Shown in pieces: positions 37,339-47,761 of a DNA stretch of 64,000 nucleotides. The notes under the pieces are model-generated. The model had not been told where the DNA came from, ran no database searches, and saw nothing but the letters and a program-made list of their open reading frames with translations. The translations under genes were made by a program, and so were the position numbers. The stretch's first letter is position 1. Each line of letters starts with the position of its first letter. Source of the DNA: Candidatus Woesearchaeota archaeon (GTDB taxonomy: Archaea > Nanobdellota > Nanobdellia > Woesearchaeales > UBA10216); assembly GCA_016192905.1 (NCBI GenBank), contig JACPTG010000001.1:505935-569934 (forward strand). Direction: 5' to 3'.

Positions 37339-38573
37339 AAAAAGACCTGAAAAAGGACTATTCAACGGTTACTGAAGACCACTTCCCGGAAAAAATCGAG
37401 CTTAAAATTGGCGAGCAAAAGCTGGAGTACCTGAAAAGAAGATGGTCAGAAGGTGACTGGACCCGAATTGGCCTGAGGTACGGCGAGAATCCAGGGCAGG
37501 AGGCCGCGATGTATGAGCTTGTATCAGGAAGCCCTGGAGAAGGCTATGCAAAGGCAGGAATGCCGCTTGTCAGCGGAATACAGGATGCTGACATAATACA
37601 GGCCGGAAAGAGGCCGAGCATGAACAACCTTACAGATGTGGACAGCGCGCTCAACATCCTAAGGCATTTTGAAGAGCCAACTGCAATAATAATCAAGCAC
37701 AACAACCCAAGCGGGGTGGCGTCAAGGGCGACAGTCAGGGAGGCGTATACTGAGGCAAACCTTTCCGACAGCATAGCAGCATTCGGAGGAGTTGCAGTAT
37801 TCAACAGGAAAATAGACCACGCCACGGCTGAGGAAATCAGCAGAAACTACCTGGAGGTTGTCTGCGCCCCGGACTACGATTCGGACGCTGCCGAACTGCT
37901 GAAAAGGAAAAAAAACCTCAGGATAATCAGGATGGAAAGGATAAACCGCCTGAAAGACTTCTCCTTAACAAGGCATCTTGACATAAAGCCGCTAATAGAC
38001 GGAGGACTGATGCTTCAGCAGTCAGCAAGGATGAGCATAAGCAAAGCCGAGGACTTTTTGGCGGCGAAGGCTGAACACGCCGGCAGGCTGCATGAAGTGC
38101 AGAGAAAGCCAACTCAGGCAGAATATGAAGACCTGCTGTTTGCATGGAAAGTCCAGCAGGGCGTGACAAGCAACTCGGTCATATTCGTAAAGAACAAGGC
38201 CACTGTCGCCATTGGAACAGGAGAGCAGGACAGGGTAGGGGTTGCGAAGATAGCAGCATTCAAGGCATATGAAAAGTATGCCGCGCGGCTATCGCTTGAG
38301 AAACACAAAATGCCCTACTGGCTGCTTAACGATGAGGGAAAGAAAAAGCAAATAGACCTTGAAGTCGAGCAGCAGAAAGGAAACCTGATAAACTCTGTAA
38401 TGGCGTCAGACGGCTTCTTCCCCTTCCCAGACACGGTTGAAGTTGCGGCGAAGTACGGAGTAACAGCAATAGTCCAGCCAGGCGGCTCAATAAGAGATTA
38501 CGAAAGCATAGAAGCCTGCAACAGGCACGGCATGGCAATGGTCTTCACAGGGCAGAGGGCATTCAGGCACTGA
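37335..38573 (+). CDS. purH: PurH C-terminal half: AICAR transformylase domain
   Basis: LRYGENPGQ, KHNNPSG, AFGG, ASDGFFPF, QPGGS and GQRAFRH motifs. Confidence 0.9.
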   Translation: MKKDLKKDYSTVTEDHFPEKIELKIGEQKLEYLKRRWSEGDWTRIGLRYGENPGQEAAMYELVSGSPGEGYAKAGMPLVSGIQDADIIQAGKRPSMNNLTDVDSALNILRHFEEPTAIIIKHNNPSGVASRATVREAYTEANLSDSIAAFGGVAVFNRKIDHATAEEISRNYLEVVCAPDYDSDAAELLKRKKNLRIIRMERINRLKDFSLTRHLDIKPLIDGGLMLQQSARMSISKAEDFLAAKAEHAGRLHEVQRKPTQAEYEDLLFAWKVQQGVTSNSVIFVKNKATVAIGTGEQDRVGVAKIAAFKAYEKYAARLSLEKHKMPYWLLNDEGKKKQIDLEVEQQKGNLINSVMASDGFFPFPDTVEVAAKYGVTAIVQPGGSIRDYESIEACNRHGMAMVFTGQRAFRH

Positions 38574-38681
38574 CGTATCCAAATATCAATATTGAAAACA
38601 CTGACTTCAAAAATGACGGCGGGGTTCTCAACGGCGCCAACCGTGAAAAGCTTTATTAATGCTGCCTGATTACCCAAGCCC

Positions 38682-38921
38682 ATGACGGGGAACGATCGGG
38701 AGCAAATTTTTGCATCGTCAGTTGGAAACATGGCTGGCGATCGGCAAAGAGACCCTTATCACCTGGCAGGCCTAATAGCAGCTGGCTATGCTTCGTCAGG
38801 AACTTACATGTCCGCAGTATACGAAAGAATGAGAGGTGGTAATAGCCCCGCGATAAATCCAAATTACCTATCACCGGAGTCGTTTATAACTCCCCACAAT
38901 ACTATCCCAGGCAGACAATAA
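38682..38921 (+). CDS. hypothetical protein
   Basis: 79-aa ORF about 31 nt downstream of TTTATTAA. Confidence 0.35.
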   Translation: MTGNDREQIFASSVGNMAGDRQRDPYHLAGLIAAGYASSGTYMSAVYERMRGGNSPAINPNYLSPESFITPHNTIPGRQ

Positions 38922-39042
38922 TGCATCAATTAATGATACGAACCATTCTTGAGGGGGTTTTCCTTGCTGTCAGCAACCGCCATAGATTGGTTACTGTTGA
39001 GTAGAGAAAAATAGAAAGGCTTATTAAGTACTGCCGCATACC

Positions 39043-39333
39043 ATGTGCATGGATGAACAGCAGTGCGTAGAACAGATTCAGGCCTGCCTTAACGGCCCTT
39101 ACGACAGGAAAAGGTACGAAGACCTGATAAGTATTATAGCAGAACACCCGGATTTCACAAGAGTTGGCGGAATAGCTGGCATGGTTTATGGGGCGATAGT
39201 GGATGGCGAACTCGAGCTGGCCAAGTTGCACATTAAAGAAGGCAACAATGGCCTGGCACAGGAAGCGCTAACCAACGCACAGAATTACTACGCCCTCGTC
39301 AGATATGAGCAGGGAGAATTAGGATTCAGATGA
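39043..39333 (+). CDS. hypothetical protein
   Basis: 96-aa ORF preceded by TTATTAA. Confidence 0.45.
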   Translation: MCMDEQQCVEQIQACLNGPYDRKRYEDLISIIAEHPDFTRVGGIAGMVYGAIVDGELELAKLHIKEGNNGLAQEALTNAQNYYALVRYEQGELGFR

Positions 39334-39449
39334 TTTTCTAAAGGCTAACGGGCCTGCTGTATATATTGTTTGCGGCCAGAAGGCAGATGCAAGGGGCCAG
39401 GGCAAATAAACTATATATATGAGCCGCATTCCAGCCCTTTCAGAATGGG

Positions 39450-40862
39450 GTGGCGCAGTTGTGCGGAGTGTTTGGGGTAATCGGAAGCAGCCAAGCTGCG
39501 GCTGAACTATACATAGCGCTAACCCACCAGCAGCACCGCGGGCAGGACGCGGCAGGAATAGCAACTTCTGACAGCCAAGGAAAGCTTAACGTCCTGAAAA
39601 GCAGGGGGCTTGCCATTGAAATATTCAGCGAGGAAAACATAGCCAATCTTGACGGAGGGATGGGGATATGCCACAACCGCTACCCGACAGCAGGATACGG
39701 CGACGTCAAGGAATGCCAGCCATTCTTCCTTGACAAGGAAGGCATAGGAATAGCGTTCAACGGGAACATAATCAACTACCCCTACATGAAGAAGCAGCTT
39801 GAGGCAGCAGGCAGGGAATTTGAGTCAAGCTCAGACGGGGAGCTGCTCCTCTACATCTTCCAGGAAGGGTATGCCAACGGAGGCTTTTTTGAAGCGGTCA
39901 GAAACGTGCATGAGAAACTCATCGGAGGCTATTCAGTGGTTGGCATAATAGCAGGAGAAGGCATATTCGCCTTCAAAGACCCCAACGGGATAAGACCGCT
40001 CCTGATGGGAAAAAGGGGAACTGCATACGCGTTTGCATCAGAAAGCATAGCGCTCTCCATAGAAGGCTACAATGATATCCAAGACCTGAAGCCAGGCGAG
40101 GCCGCATTCATCCGAAAGGACATGGAAGCTGAAAGGCGGGTCGTAACAGCAGGGGAACCAAGGCCATGCGCATTTGAATTCGTATACTTTTCAACAGTGG
40201 AATCAAAACTTGAGGGAATCCCAGTATACCAGGCGAGAAGCAGGCTCGGCCAGGCACTCGCAAGAAAAGCCAGGGAAAAATGGCCAGAGCTTGAGATAGA
40301 CGTAGTAATACCAGTGCCTGACACAAGCAGGCCAGCTGCAAACGCCCTCGCAAAGGAGCTGGGAAAGCCATACGAGGAAGGGCTTGTCAAGAACAGGTAC
40401 ATCGGAAGGACATTCATAATGCCCACTCAGCGAATTAGGGAGAACGCGCTCAAGCTGAAACTCAAGCCAATCGAATCAGTAATCAAAGGCAAAAAGGTAA
40501 TGGTGGTTGACGACTCCATAGTAAGAGGGACAACATCAAAAAGAATAATCAGGCTTATAAGGGACTTCGGGGCTGAAAAGGTATACCTCCTCAGCACATT
40601 CCCGCCAATAAGAAACCCCTGCCTCTACGGAATAGACTTCACAAGCGAAAAAGAGCTCATAGCCCACGGCAAGACGATAAAGGAAGTTGAGCAGCATGTC
40701 GGGGCAGACAGGCTAATCTACATGAGCCCTGAAGACCTCAAGGAATGCATCGGGCTGAAAAGCCTCTGCATGGCCTGCATAACAGGCGAGTACCCGACAC
40801 CAACCGGGCACGCAAAGGAAATGCAGACGCAAAGGCAGGAGGACTACGCAAAGATAAAATGA
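39450..40862 (+). CDS. purF: amidophosphoribosyltransferase
   Basis: CGVFG, QHRGQDAAG, HNRYPT, PVPDTS and VDDSIVRGTT motifs. Confidence 0.96.
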   Translation: MAQLCGVFGVIGSSQAAAELYIALTHQQHRGQDAAGIATSDSQGKLNVLKSRGLAIEIFSEENIANLDGGMGICHNRYPTAGYGDVKECQPFFLDKEGIGIAFNGNIINYPYMKKQLEAAGREFESSSDGELLLYIFQEGYANGGFFEAVRNVHEKLIGGYSVVGIIAGEGIFAFKDPNGIRPLLMGKRGTAYAFASESIALSIEGYNDIQDLKPGEAAFIRKDMEAERRVVTAGEPRPCAFEFVYFSTVESKLEGIPVYQARSRLGQALARKAREKWPELEIDVVIPVPDTSRPAANALAKELGKPYEEGLVKNRYIGRTFIMPTQRIRENALKLKLKPIESVIKGKKVMVVDDSIVRGTTSKRIIRLIRDFGAEKVYLLSTFPPIRNPCLYGIDFTSEKELIAHGKTIKEVEQHVGADRLIYMSPEDLKECIGLKSLCMACITGEYPTPTGHAKEMQTQRQEDYAKIK

Positions 40863-42160
40863 GAGTCCTTGTAATAGGCTCAGGAGCAAGGGAGAACGCG
40901 ATAGCTGACGCGCTGCTGCACGGCGGAACAGAACTTTACGCCTACATGAGCACAAAAAACCCGGGGATATACAAATACTGCAGGGGATACACAACCGGGA
41001 ATTTAGAAGATGCCAAGGGAATAGGCGACTTTGCCACAGCAAACAAAGTGGAGCTTGCCGTTGTCGGGCCTGAGGCCCCGCTGGCAGCAGGGGTTGCAGA
41101 CGAACTTATCCGCATAGGGGTAAAATGCTTCGGGCCTACAAAAGAGCTGGCCAAGCTTGAGACCAGCAAAGCCTTCCTCCGCAGCCTCCTGGAAAAATAC
41201 AGGATAAACGCAAGCCCGAAATTCAGGGTATTCCGGAATTATGATGAAAAAGGCATGCTGGACTTACTGGAGGAATTGGGAGAGTATGTAATAAAGCCAG
41301 ACGGCCTCACAGGCGGCAAAGGGGTGAAACTCTCAGGCGAGCACCTGGCAGGAAAAGAAGACGCGCTGGCATACTGCGAGGAAGTCCTGCAGGGACACGG
41401 CTGCGTCATTATAGAAGAAAAGCTTTACGGAGAGGAATTCAGCCTCCAGACAATAGCAGACGGGATGACAGCCATAGACTGCCCGGCAGTCCAGGACCAC
41501 AAAAGGGCATATGAAAATGACGAAGGGCCAAACACAGGCGGCATGGGCTCGTACAGTGATTCAAACCACTCCCTGCCATTCCTGCAGAAAGAGGACCTTG
41601 AAGAGGCACACGAGATAACCGTAAGAGTAATGAGAGCACTCAAAAAGGAAACCGGAAGCTTCATAGGAATAATGTACGGAGGCTTCATGGCCACGAAAAA
41701 AGGCGTAAAGCTGCTGGAATACAACGCAAGGTTCGGCGACCCTGAGGCAATGAACGTGCTGCCCCTGCTGAAAGGAAAGCTGGCTGACGTATGCGCCGCT
41801 GCCGCCAATGAGGAGCTGGGAAGCGCAAGGGTGGAATTTGAAAAAAAAGCGACTGTCTGCAAATACGTAGTCCCAGAAGGATACCCAGACCGCCCGGTAA
41901 TCTCCAAGATTGAAATAGAAAAACTCCCAAACGCGCTCACATACCATGCAGCTGTTGAAGAAAGGGAAGACGGGCTGTACACCACAAAATCAAGGGCGGT
42001 TGCATTCGTCGGGGTAGCGGACACAATAGAAGAAGCAGAGAAGATTGCAGAGGATGCCGCAAATGGGGTAAAAGGAAGCGTATACCACAGGAAAGACATC
42101 GGAACCAAAGAGCTTGTCCAGAAAAGGGTGGAGCACATGAGGAGGATAATGAATGGATAA
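40859..42160 (+). CDS. purD: phosphoribosylamine-glycine ligase
   Basis: MRVLVIGSGARE, VGPEAPL, DHKRA..GPNTGGMG and NARFGDPE motifs. Confidence 0.96.
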   Translation: MRVLVIGSGARENAIADALLHGGTELYAYMSTKNPGIYKYCRGYTTGNLEDAKGIGDFATANKVELAVVGPEAPLAAGVADELIRIGVKCFGPTKELAKLETSKAFLRSLLEKYRINASPKFRVFRNYDEKGMLDLLEELGEYVIKPDGLTGGKGVKLSGEHLAGKEDALAYCEEVLQGHGCVIIEEKLYGEEFSLQTIADGMTAIDCPAVQDHKRAYENDEGPNTGGMGSYSDSNHSLPFLQKEDLEEAHEITVRVMRALKKETGSFIGIMYGGFMATKKGVKLLEYNARFGDPEAMNVLPLLKGKLADVCAAAANEELGSARVEFEKKATVCKYVVPEGYPDRPVISKIEIEKLPNALTYHAAVEEREDGLYTTKSRAVAFVGVADTIEEAEKIAEDAANGVKGSVYHRKDIGTKELVQKRVEHMRRIMNG

Positions 42161-42932
42161 CCACACACACAAAAGAAAAAGCCCGCTGATGATTGCGGCA
42201 TTCATGTCCGGAACAGGGACAAACCTCAGGAGGATACTGGAACTCCAGCATGAGCTTGGGAACGAGCTGTTTGAAGTGGCTGTGATATTCACAGACACAA
42301 GGGATGAAAAGAAATGCAGGGCGGCGGAAATAGCAGAGGAGTACAGCATACCATTGGTGGTAAATGACATGGAGGAGTTTTATGCTGACAGGGGCCAAGA
42401 AAACACAAAGGACATGACTGTACGCGAGGAATACGACCTTGAAACAGCGGCAGAGCTGGAAAAAAGGGAAGTGAGCGTCGTGGCGCTGTGCGGATACATG
42501 AGGCTGGTAACACAGGCAATATACTCAAACTATGTCACGCTGAACGTGCACCCTGCAGACCTCACAAAAAAAGACAAGGACGGAAGGAGAATCTACGCAG
42601 GCCTGGCAGGAGCAAACTGCCTGAAAAAAGCAATCCTGAACGGCGAGCGCGAAGTCAGGTCAACAGTGCACATAGTGAATGGGGAGCTTGACGGCGGGCC
42701 AATACTGGCAATTTCACCACCACTGCCAGTCAGTGCCCACCTAAAGGGATTGGGTGCTGAAGAGCTAAACAAGGCGGCTGAAGACATGCAGGCAGAGCTG
42801 AAACACAAAGGAGACTGGATAATATATCCGGAAGTGATAAAGATGATTGCGCAGGGAAGAATGAAAATAGACGACGACGAAAAAGTATATGTTGACGGAA
42901 TACTGATGAAGGAAGGGTTTAGGTTTGTATGA
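42153..42932 (+). CDS. purN: phosphoribosylglycinamide formyltransferase
   Basis: FMSGTGTNL, LCGYMRL, NVHPADL and STVH..GELDGGPI motifs. Confidence 0.85.
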   Translation: MDNHTHKRKSPLMIAAFMSGTGTNLRRILELQHELGNELFEVAVIFTDTRDEKKCRAAEIAEEYSIPLVVNDMEEFYADRGQENTKDMTVREEYDLETAAELEKREVSVVALCGYMRLVTQAIYSNYVTLNVHPADLTKKDKDGRRIYAGLAGANCLKKAILNGEREVRSTVHIVNGELDGGPILAISPPLPVSAHLKGLGAEELNKAAEDMQAELKHKGDWIIYPEVIKMIAQGRMKIDDDEKVYVDGILMKEGFRFV

Positions 42933-43465
42933 AAGGCAGGCTTAGGAAGAAATACATCATGGAAAGGCTAACCTTGAGCAGCCAGGAGTCTGCTGCAAAA
43001 AGCGCGCTGATACAGGAAAAGGCAATGGCCACCGAAGCATACAGGAAGGCAAGGCGAATAAGCCTGTACCTGGCCTCTGAAGGAGAAGCAAAGACTGAAG
43101 CGATAATGGAAGACTGCCTGAGGATGAAAAAGGAAACCTACGTGGCAAGAATCAATGGAAAAACGCTTGAGCCTGTCAAGGTCACAAAATCCACCGGATT
43201 TGCAAAAGGGATGCAGGGACTAACAGAGCCAGAGGGCAATGCCGCGCAAGTAACCGGGTTTGATGTAATAATTGTGCCACTGGTGGCATTTGACACTAAA
43301 AGAAACAGGCTTGGCCGGGGAGGAGGGCACTATGACCGCTACCTAAGCCAGCATCCGGGCTACAGGATTGGCCTTGCCTTTGACATGCAGGAAGCAGAGG
43401 AAATACCTGCAGAAGGCCACGACGAGAAACTTGATGCCATCATAACCGAGACAAGGACAATATGA
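42929..43465 (+). CDS. 5-formyltetrahydrofolate cyclo-ligase
   Basis: VPLVAFD..NRLGRGGGHYDRYL and HDEKLDAIITE motifs. Confidence 0.93.
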   Translation: MKGRLRKKYIMERLTLSSQESAAKSALIQEKAMATEAYRKARRISLYLASEGEAKTEAIMEDCLRMKKETYVARINGKTLEPVKVTKSTGFAKGMQGLTEPEGNAAQVTGFDVIIVPLVAFDTKRNRLGRGGGHYDRYLSQHPGYRIGLAFDMQEAEEIPAEGHDEKLDAIITETRTI

Positions 43466-44010
43466 AAACAACCCTTCCATACGCCAGGGAAGCGCTGCGG
43501 AAATACTGGCCTGCAATGATAATCGGCGCAATAGCCACCATTGTAGCCATATCCATGACCAAATACATCATAATAGGAGCACTCCTATTCCTGCATGCGG
43601 CCATGAGTGTCTTCACCAAGGTGCTGAAGAAAAACCATATAGGAATAGAGATTGTCACTCTGATAGCAGTCACCAGCGGAATTGCGTACGGGCCAAAAAT
43701 CGGGGCAATAGCAGGGGGGCTTGCAATGGTAATCGACTACATATTCTCAGGAAGGCTATCAATGTTCAGCATAGTGACAATACCCACATACGCGCTGATA
43801 GGCGTGATTGCCAGCGGCTTCGCCACAGCAAACATACTGACCCTCGGAATAGCGCTCACCATTTTTTACAACCTATTCACCTGGATATTCATACTCGGCT
43901 TCATGGGAGGCCATGTTGACAAGTGCCTAAGGTTCGGAGCAACTAATCTTGCATTCAACACATTCATGTTCGGCAGCATAGCGCCAATGCTGCTGGCAAT
44001 AATGAGCTGA
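43462..44010 (+). CDS. membrane protein, ECF S-component-like (possibly folate uptake)
   Basis: About 6 TM; GIAYGPKIGAIAG motif; lies among folate genes. Confidence 0.55.
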   Translation: MKTTLPYAREALRKYWPAMIIGAIATIVAISMTKYIIIGALLFLHAAMSVFTKVLKKNHIGIEIVTLIAVTSGIAYGPKIGAIAGGLAMVIDYIFSGRLSMFSIVTIPTYALIGVIASGFATANILTLGIALTIFYNLFTWIFILGFMGGHVDKCLRFGATNLAFNTFMFGSIAPMLLAIMS

Positions 44011-44024
44011 CGGAGGAAAAAAAA

Positions 44025-45356
44025 ATGAACCGAAAAGCGCCGCTGAAAGATGAAGACCCTGAGATATACGAGCAGATACAGAACGAGCTGAAAAGAAGAA
44101 GGGAAGGGCTGGAGCTTATACCCTCTGAAAACCTCACCAGCAAGGCAGTCCTGGAAGCGCTAGGAAGCATACTAACAGACAAATACTCAGAAGGATTCCC
44201 AGGAAGAAGATACTATGGAGGGAACGAATTCATAGACAAGATAGAAATGCTTGCGATAAAAAGGGCGATGAAGGCTTTCAAAGTACCCTTTGCAAACGTC
44301 CAGGCATACTCAGGAAGCCCTGCAAACCAGGCAGTTGCATTCGCAGTGCTGAAGCCCGGCGAAACGCTGATGGGGCCTGACCTGCCTGACGGAGGGCACC
44401 TGACCCACGGCTGGAAGGCAAACTTCTCAGGCATATACTACAAGTCAGTGCCATACCACTGCAGGGCAGACGGGTACATTGACCTTGAAGAGGCAAGGAA
44501 ACTCGCGCTTGAGCACAAGCCAAAGCTTATATGGACAGGGTTCACAGCATACAGCAGGGAATTCCCATTCGAGGAAATGGCAGAAATAGCTGATGAGGTG
44601 GGAGCCTACCTTGCGGCAGACATAGCCCACATTGCAGGCCTTGTAGTGGCGGGCGTGCACAAAAGCCCTGCACCCTACGCGCACATAATAACCACAACAA
44701 CGCACAAGACCCTGAGAGGGCCAAGAGGTGCGATTATAATGGCGACAGATAAAGGCCTTTCAAAGGAGCCTGAGCTGGGAAACAAGATAGACAAGGCGAT
44801 AATACCCGGGCTGCAGGGAGGGCCGCACAACCACCAGACAGCAGCCATAGCGGTTGCCCTGCACGAAGCCATGCAGCCGGAGTTCAGGGAGTACGCGCAG
44901 CAGATAGTGAAAAACTGCAAGGCACTGGCGCAGGCACTTATGGAAAATGGGCTGAAAATAGTCTCAGGGGGAACAGACAACCACCTGATGCTCATTGACC
45001 TTACACCCCACGGGAAAGGAAACGGCGTATTCGCGCAGGAAGCACTCGACGCAGCAGGAATAACAGTCAACAAGAACACAATCCCGCAGGAGCCAAGCTC
45101 GCCATTCTACCCAAGCGGAATAAGGCTTGGAACGGCAACAGTAACCACACAGGGCATGAAGGAAAGGGAAATGAAACAGATAGCAGAGCTGATGGCTGCG
45201 GTCATAGATGAAACAAGGCAGTACCAGCTGCCTGAGAAAAAAGAGGAAAGGACAGCCTACATAGCCAACTTCAAGAAGGAAATCCAGGCAAACCCGAGAA
45301 TAATGGGAACAAGGCAGCGGGTAAAGGAGCTCTGCTCAGGGTTTGAGCTGTACTGA
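44025..45356 (+). CDS. glyA: serine hydroxymethyltransferase
   Basis: LIPSEN, GRRYYGG, GGHLTHG and TTTHKTLRGPRG motifs. Confidence 0.97.
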   Translation: MNRKAPLKDEDPEIYEQIQNELKRRREGLELIPSENLTSKAVLEALGSILTDKYSEGFPGRRYYGGNEFIDKIEMLAIKRAMKAFKVPFANVQAYSGSPANQAVAFAVLKPGETLMGPDLPDGGHLTHGWKANFSGIYYKSVPYHCRADGYIDLEEARKLALEHKPKLIWTGFTAYSREFPFEEMAEIADEVGAYLAADIAHIAGLVVAGVHKSPAPYAHIITTTTHKTLRGPRGAIIMATDKGLSKEPELGNKIDKAIIPGLQGGPHNHQTAAIAVALHEAMQPEFREYAQQIVKNCKALAQALMENGLKIVSGGTDNHLMLIDLTPHGKGNGVFAQEALDAAGITVNKNTIPQEPSSPFYPSGIRLGTATVTTQGMKEREMKQIAELMAAVIDETRQYQLPEKKEERTAYIANFKKEIQANPRIMGTRQRVKELCSGFELY

Positions 45357-45359
45357 ACA

Positions 45360-46196
45360 ATGGCAATACTGCTAGATGGGAAGGCGACCGCGGAGAAGAT
45401 ACGCAAAAGGCTGGCTGAAGAAACAAAAAAACTCCCAGAAAAACCAGGCCTCGCCGCAATCTTGGTGGGAAGCAATCCCGCCTCCAAGATTTATGTGGAC
45501 ATAAAAGAGAAGACCTGCAAGGAAGTCGGAATATACTCTGAGAGGCACAACCTTCCTGAAAACACGGATGGGAAAGAGCTAATCGCGCTGATAGAGGGTC
45601 TTAATGCAAAGAGCAGCATACATGGAATACTGCTCCAGCTCCCCCTTCCAGGCCATATCAACACCCAAACTGCGCTGGACATAATAAGCCCGGCGAAAGA
45701 TGTTGACGGATTCACAAGCCGAAGCGTGGCAAAGCTTGCTGCCGGAAACGAAGATAATGTGCCATGCACGCCAAAGGGAATAATCAGGCTGCTTGAGGAA
45801 TACAAGATACCCATAGCCTCAAGGCATGCAGTTGTTGTCGGAAGAAGCATGATAGTCGGAAAGCCAACCGCGGCAATGCTGCTAAACAGGAACGCGACAG
45901 TAACAATATGCCACAGCAAAACCCCTGATTTGGGAAATTACACAAGGCAAGCGGACATACTAATCGTGGCAGCAGGAAAGCCCAAGCTTGTAACCGCAGA
46001 GATGGTAAAGCAGGGAGCAGCTGTTGTTGATGTTGGCATAAACAAGGTGGATGGGGGAATTGCCGGAGACGTGGACTTTGAAAGCTGCAAGGGAAAGGCG
46101 GGATGGATAAGCCCTGTGCCTGGCGGAGTGGGGCCTATGACTGTTGCAATGCTGCTTGAAAACACGCTGAACTGCTACAAGGGGATTGAAGGGTAG
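45360..46196 (+). CDS. folD: methylene-THF dehydrogenase/cyclohydrolase
   Basis: KDVDGF, PCTPKG, GRSMIVGKP and PVPGGVGPMT motifs. Confidence 0.97.
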   Translation: MAILLDGKATAEKIRKRLAEETKKLPEKPGLAAILVGSNPASKIYVDIKEKTCKEVGIYSERHNLPENTDGKELIALIEGLNAKSSIHGILLQLPLPGHINTQTALDIISPAKDVDGFTSRSVAKLAAGNEDNVPCTPKGIIRLLEEYKIPIASRHAVVVGRSMIVGKPTAAMLLNRNATVTICHSKTPDLGNYTRQADILIVAAGKPKLVTAEMVKQGAAVVDVGINKVDGGIAGDVDFESCKGKAGWISPVPGGVGPMTVAMLLENTLNCYKGIEG

Positions 46197-46267
46197 AATG
46201 AAAAACAAAAGATTTATATAGCACAATATAATCATGATTATATTACAATATAACAAAGGTTATATTA

Positions 46268-47695
46268 ATGGCAGAAGCTAAAACCGAGTTTTACAATAGG
46301 AAAGAAGAGCTTGCAATGCTCACTGAAAAACATGCGGCAATAGAGCGCTCCGGAAAGGGCGTCATGCTGGCCATATATGGCAGGAGAAGGGTTGGAAAAA
46401 CTGAACTCATAAAGAAATTCATCAAGAAGTGCAAGGAGCAAAAGCTGTATTTTTATGTTGATCTTGCTGAAAGGGTGGTAATCCTTAACTCCCTGTCAAA
46501 GGCCATAAAGGAGCAGCTGAACGAGGATATTATCCTTGCAGATTTTGAGGATTTTTTCAATTATCTGACTAAAAAATCGGATGAAAGCGGCTTTATTCTG
46601 GTCATAGACGAATTTCAGAGGTTTTCGGACGTGGCTCCTGAATTCATAACATCTTTGCAGAAGCATTGGGATAATACCCTCAAAAATAGCAGGGTCATGG
46701 TTTTTCTGGTAGGTTCTTCGATAGGGATGGTGCAAAAGATAACCAGCAGCAAGGCAGGGGCGTTATACGGCAGGGCTCAGAAAATCAAGATTTCCCCGTT
46801 TAGATATATTGATTTTAGGCGGATGTTCAGTGAATTGGATGAAGAGGAGAAAGTATTGAGATACGGGGTTTTTGGCGGGACCCCATTCTATCTTGAAAAA
46901 ACAAAGCCGTTCAAGAATACCCTTGATGCAGTCCATGAGTTGGTTATTAAAAAGGATTCCGAACTATCAGAAGAGCCGAAAAACCTGCTGGAGTATGAAA
47001 ATGTGAGGATTCATGCAAAGTATAATTCCATACTGCAATCAATATCGGCAGGAAAAGAAATCCTGAACGAAATAAAAGATTTCACAAAAATGCCTGCCTC
47101 CAGCCTTCCCCCTTACATAAACAGGCTTGATGGACTCTTGGACCTGGTCAGGAGAAACGATCCGATAAATGGCAAGGAGAGGCTTGGGAGGTATAAGATA
47201 ACCGACAATTTCTTCAGGTTTTGGTACAAGTTCGTATTTGAAAACCAATCTGCATTAAACATGGGTGCAAGGGACCAAATTCTAAAGCTGATAAAAAAAG
47301 AACTGAATGCCTACATTGGAAGGATATTTGAAGACATTATAAGGGAGATGCTTATTCTTTATAACGGAAAAGAAATTAATGGCCACAAAATAAGCTTTGA
47401 GAACATAGGCTCCTGGTGGGACAGGAATAATAATGAGGTTGATATTTTGGCTTATAATTCAAGGGAAAGAAGTTTTTTAGTTGGAGAGGTCAAGTGGTCT
47501 TCTGAAAAGCTGGATGTTAACATTGTTGAGGAATTGGCAAGAAAATCAAGATTGGTTGGATTAAGCGGATCATACAAGCTACTTTTTGTCTCAAAGAGCG
47601 GGTTTACCGGAAGCGCATTAACGCGCTTGCGGGAAATGAATGCTTTATACCTGGACTTAAATGATATGAAAAAGCTATACAATGCAATAGAATAA
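46268..47695 (+). CDS. archaeal ATPase (ATPase_2 plus DUF234/PD-(D/E)xK-like domain)
   Basis: FYNRKEEL, YGRRRVGKT, IDEFQ, DNFFRFW and WWD..EVDI..GEVKW motifs; AT-richer, with its own TATA. Confidence 0.9.
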   Translation: MAEAKTEFYNRKEELAMLTEKHAAIERSGKGVMLAIYGRRRVGKTELIKKFIKKCKEQKLYFYVDLAERVVILNSLSKAIKEQLNEDIILADFEDFFNYLTKKSDESGFILVIDEFQRFSDVAPEFITSLQKHWDNTLKNSRVMVFLVGSSIGMVQKITSSKAGALYGRAQKIKISPFRYIDFRRMFSELDEEEKVLRYGVFGGTPFYLEKTKPFKNTLDAVHELVIKKDSELSEEPKNLLEYENVRIHAKYNSILQSISAGKEILNEIKDFTKMPASSLPPYINRLDGLLDLVRRNDPINGKERLGRYKITDNFFRFWYKFVFENQSALNMGARDQILKLIKKELNAYIGRIFEDIIREMLILYNGKEINGHKISFENIGSWWDRNNNEVDILAYNSRERSFLVGEVKWSSEKLDVNIVEELARKSRLVGLSGSYKLLFVSKSGFTGSALTRLREMNALYLDLNDMKKLYNAIE

Positions 47696-47761
47696 AAATT
47701 TTGTGGCCGCAGAGCCGGCATTCAGAAACCAATAAAAAGACGGCCGAAATCCGCCAGGTTA

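Noticed and set aside
34477-47761. ZTP, PRPP or purine riboswitches upstream of pur genes
   Set aside because: Consensus elements were not found in the short leaders before pyrF, purF or purM
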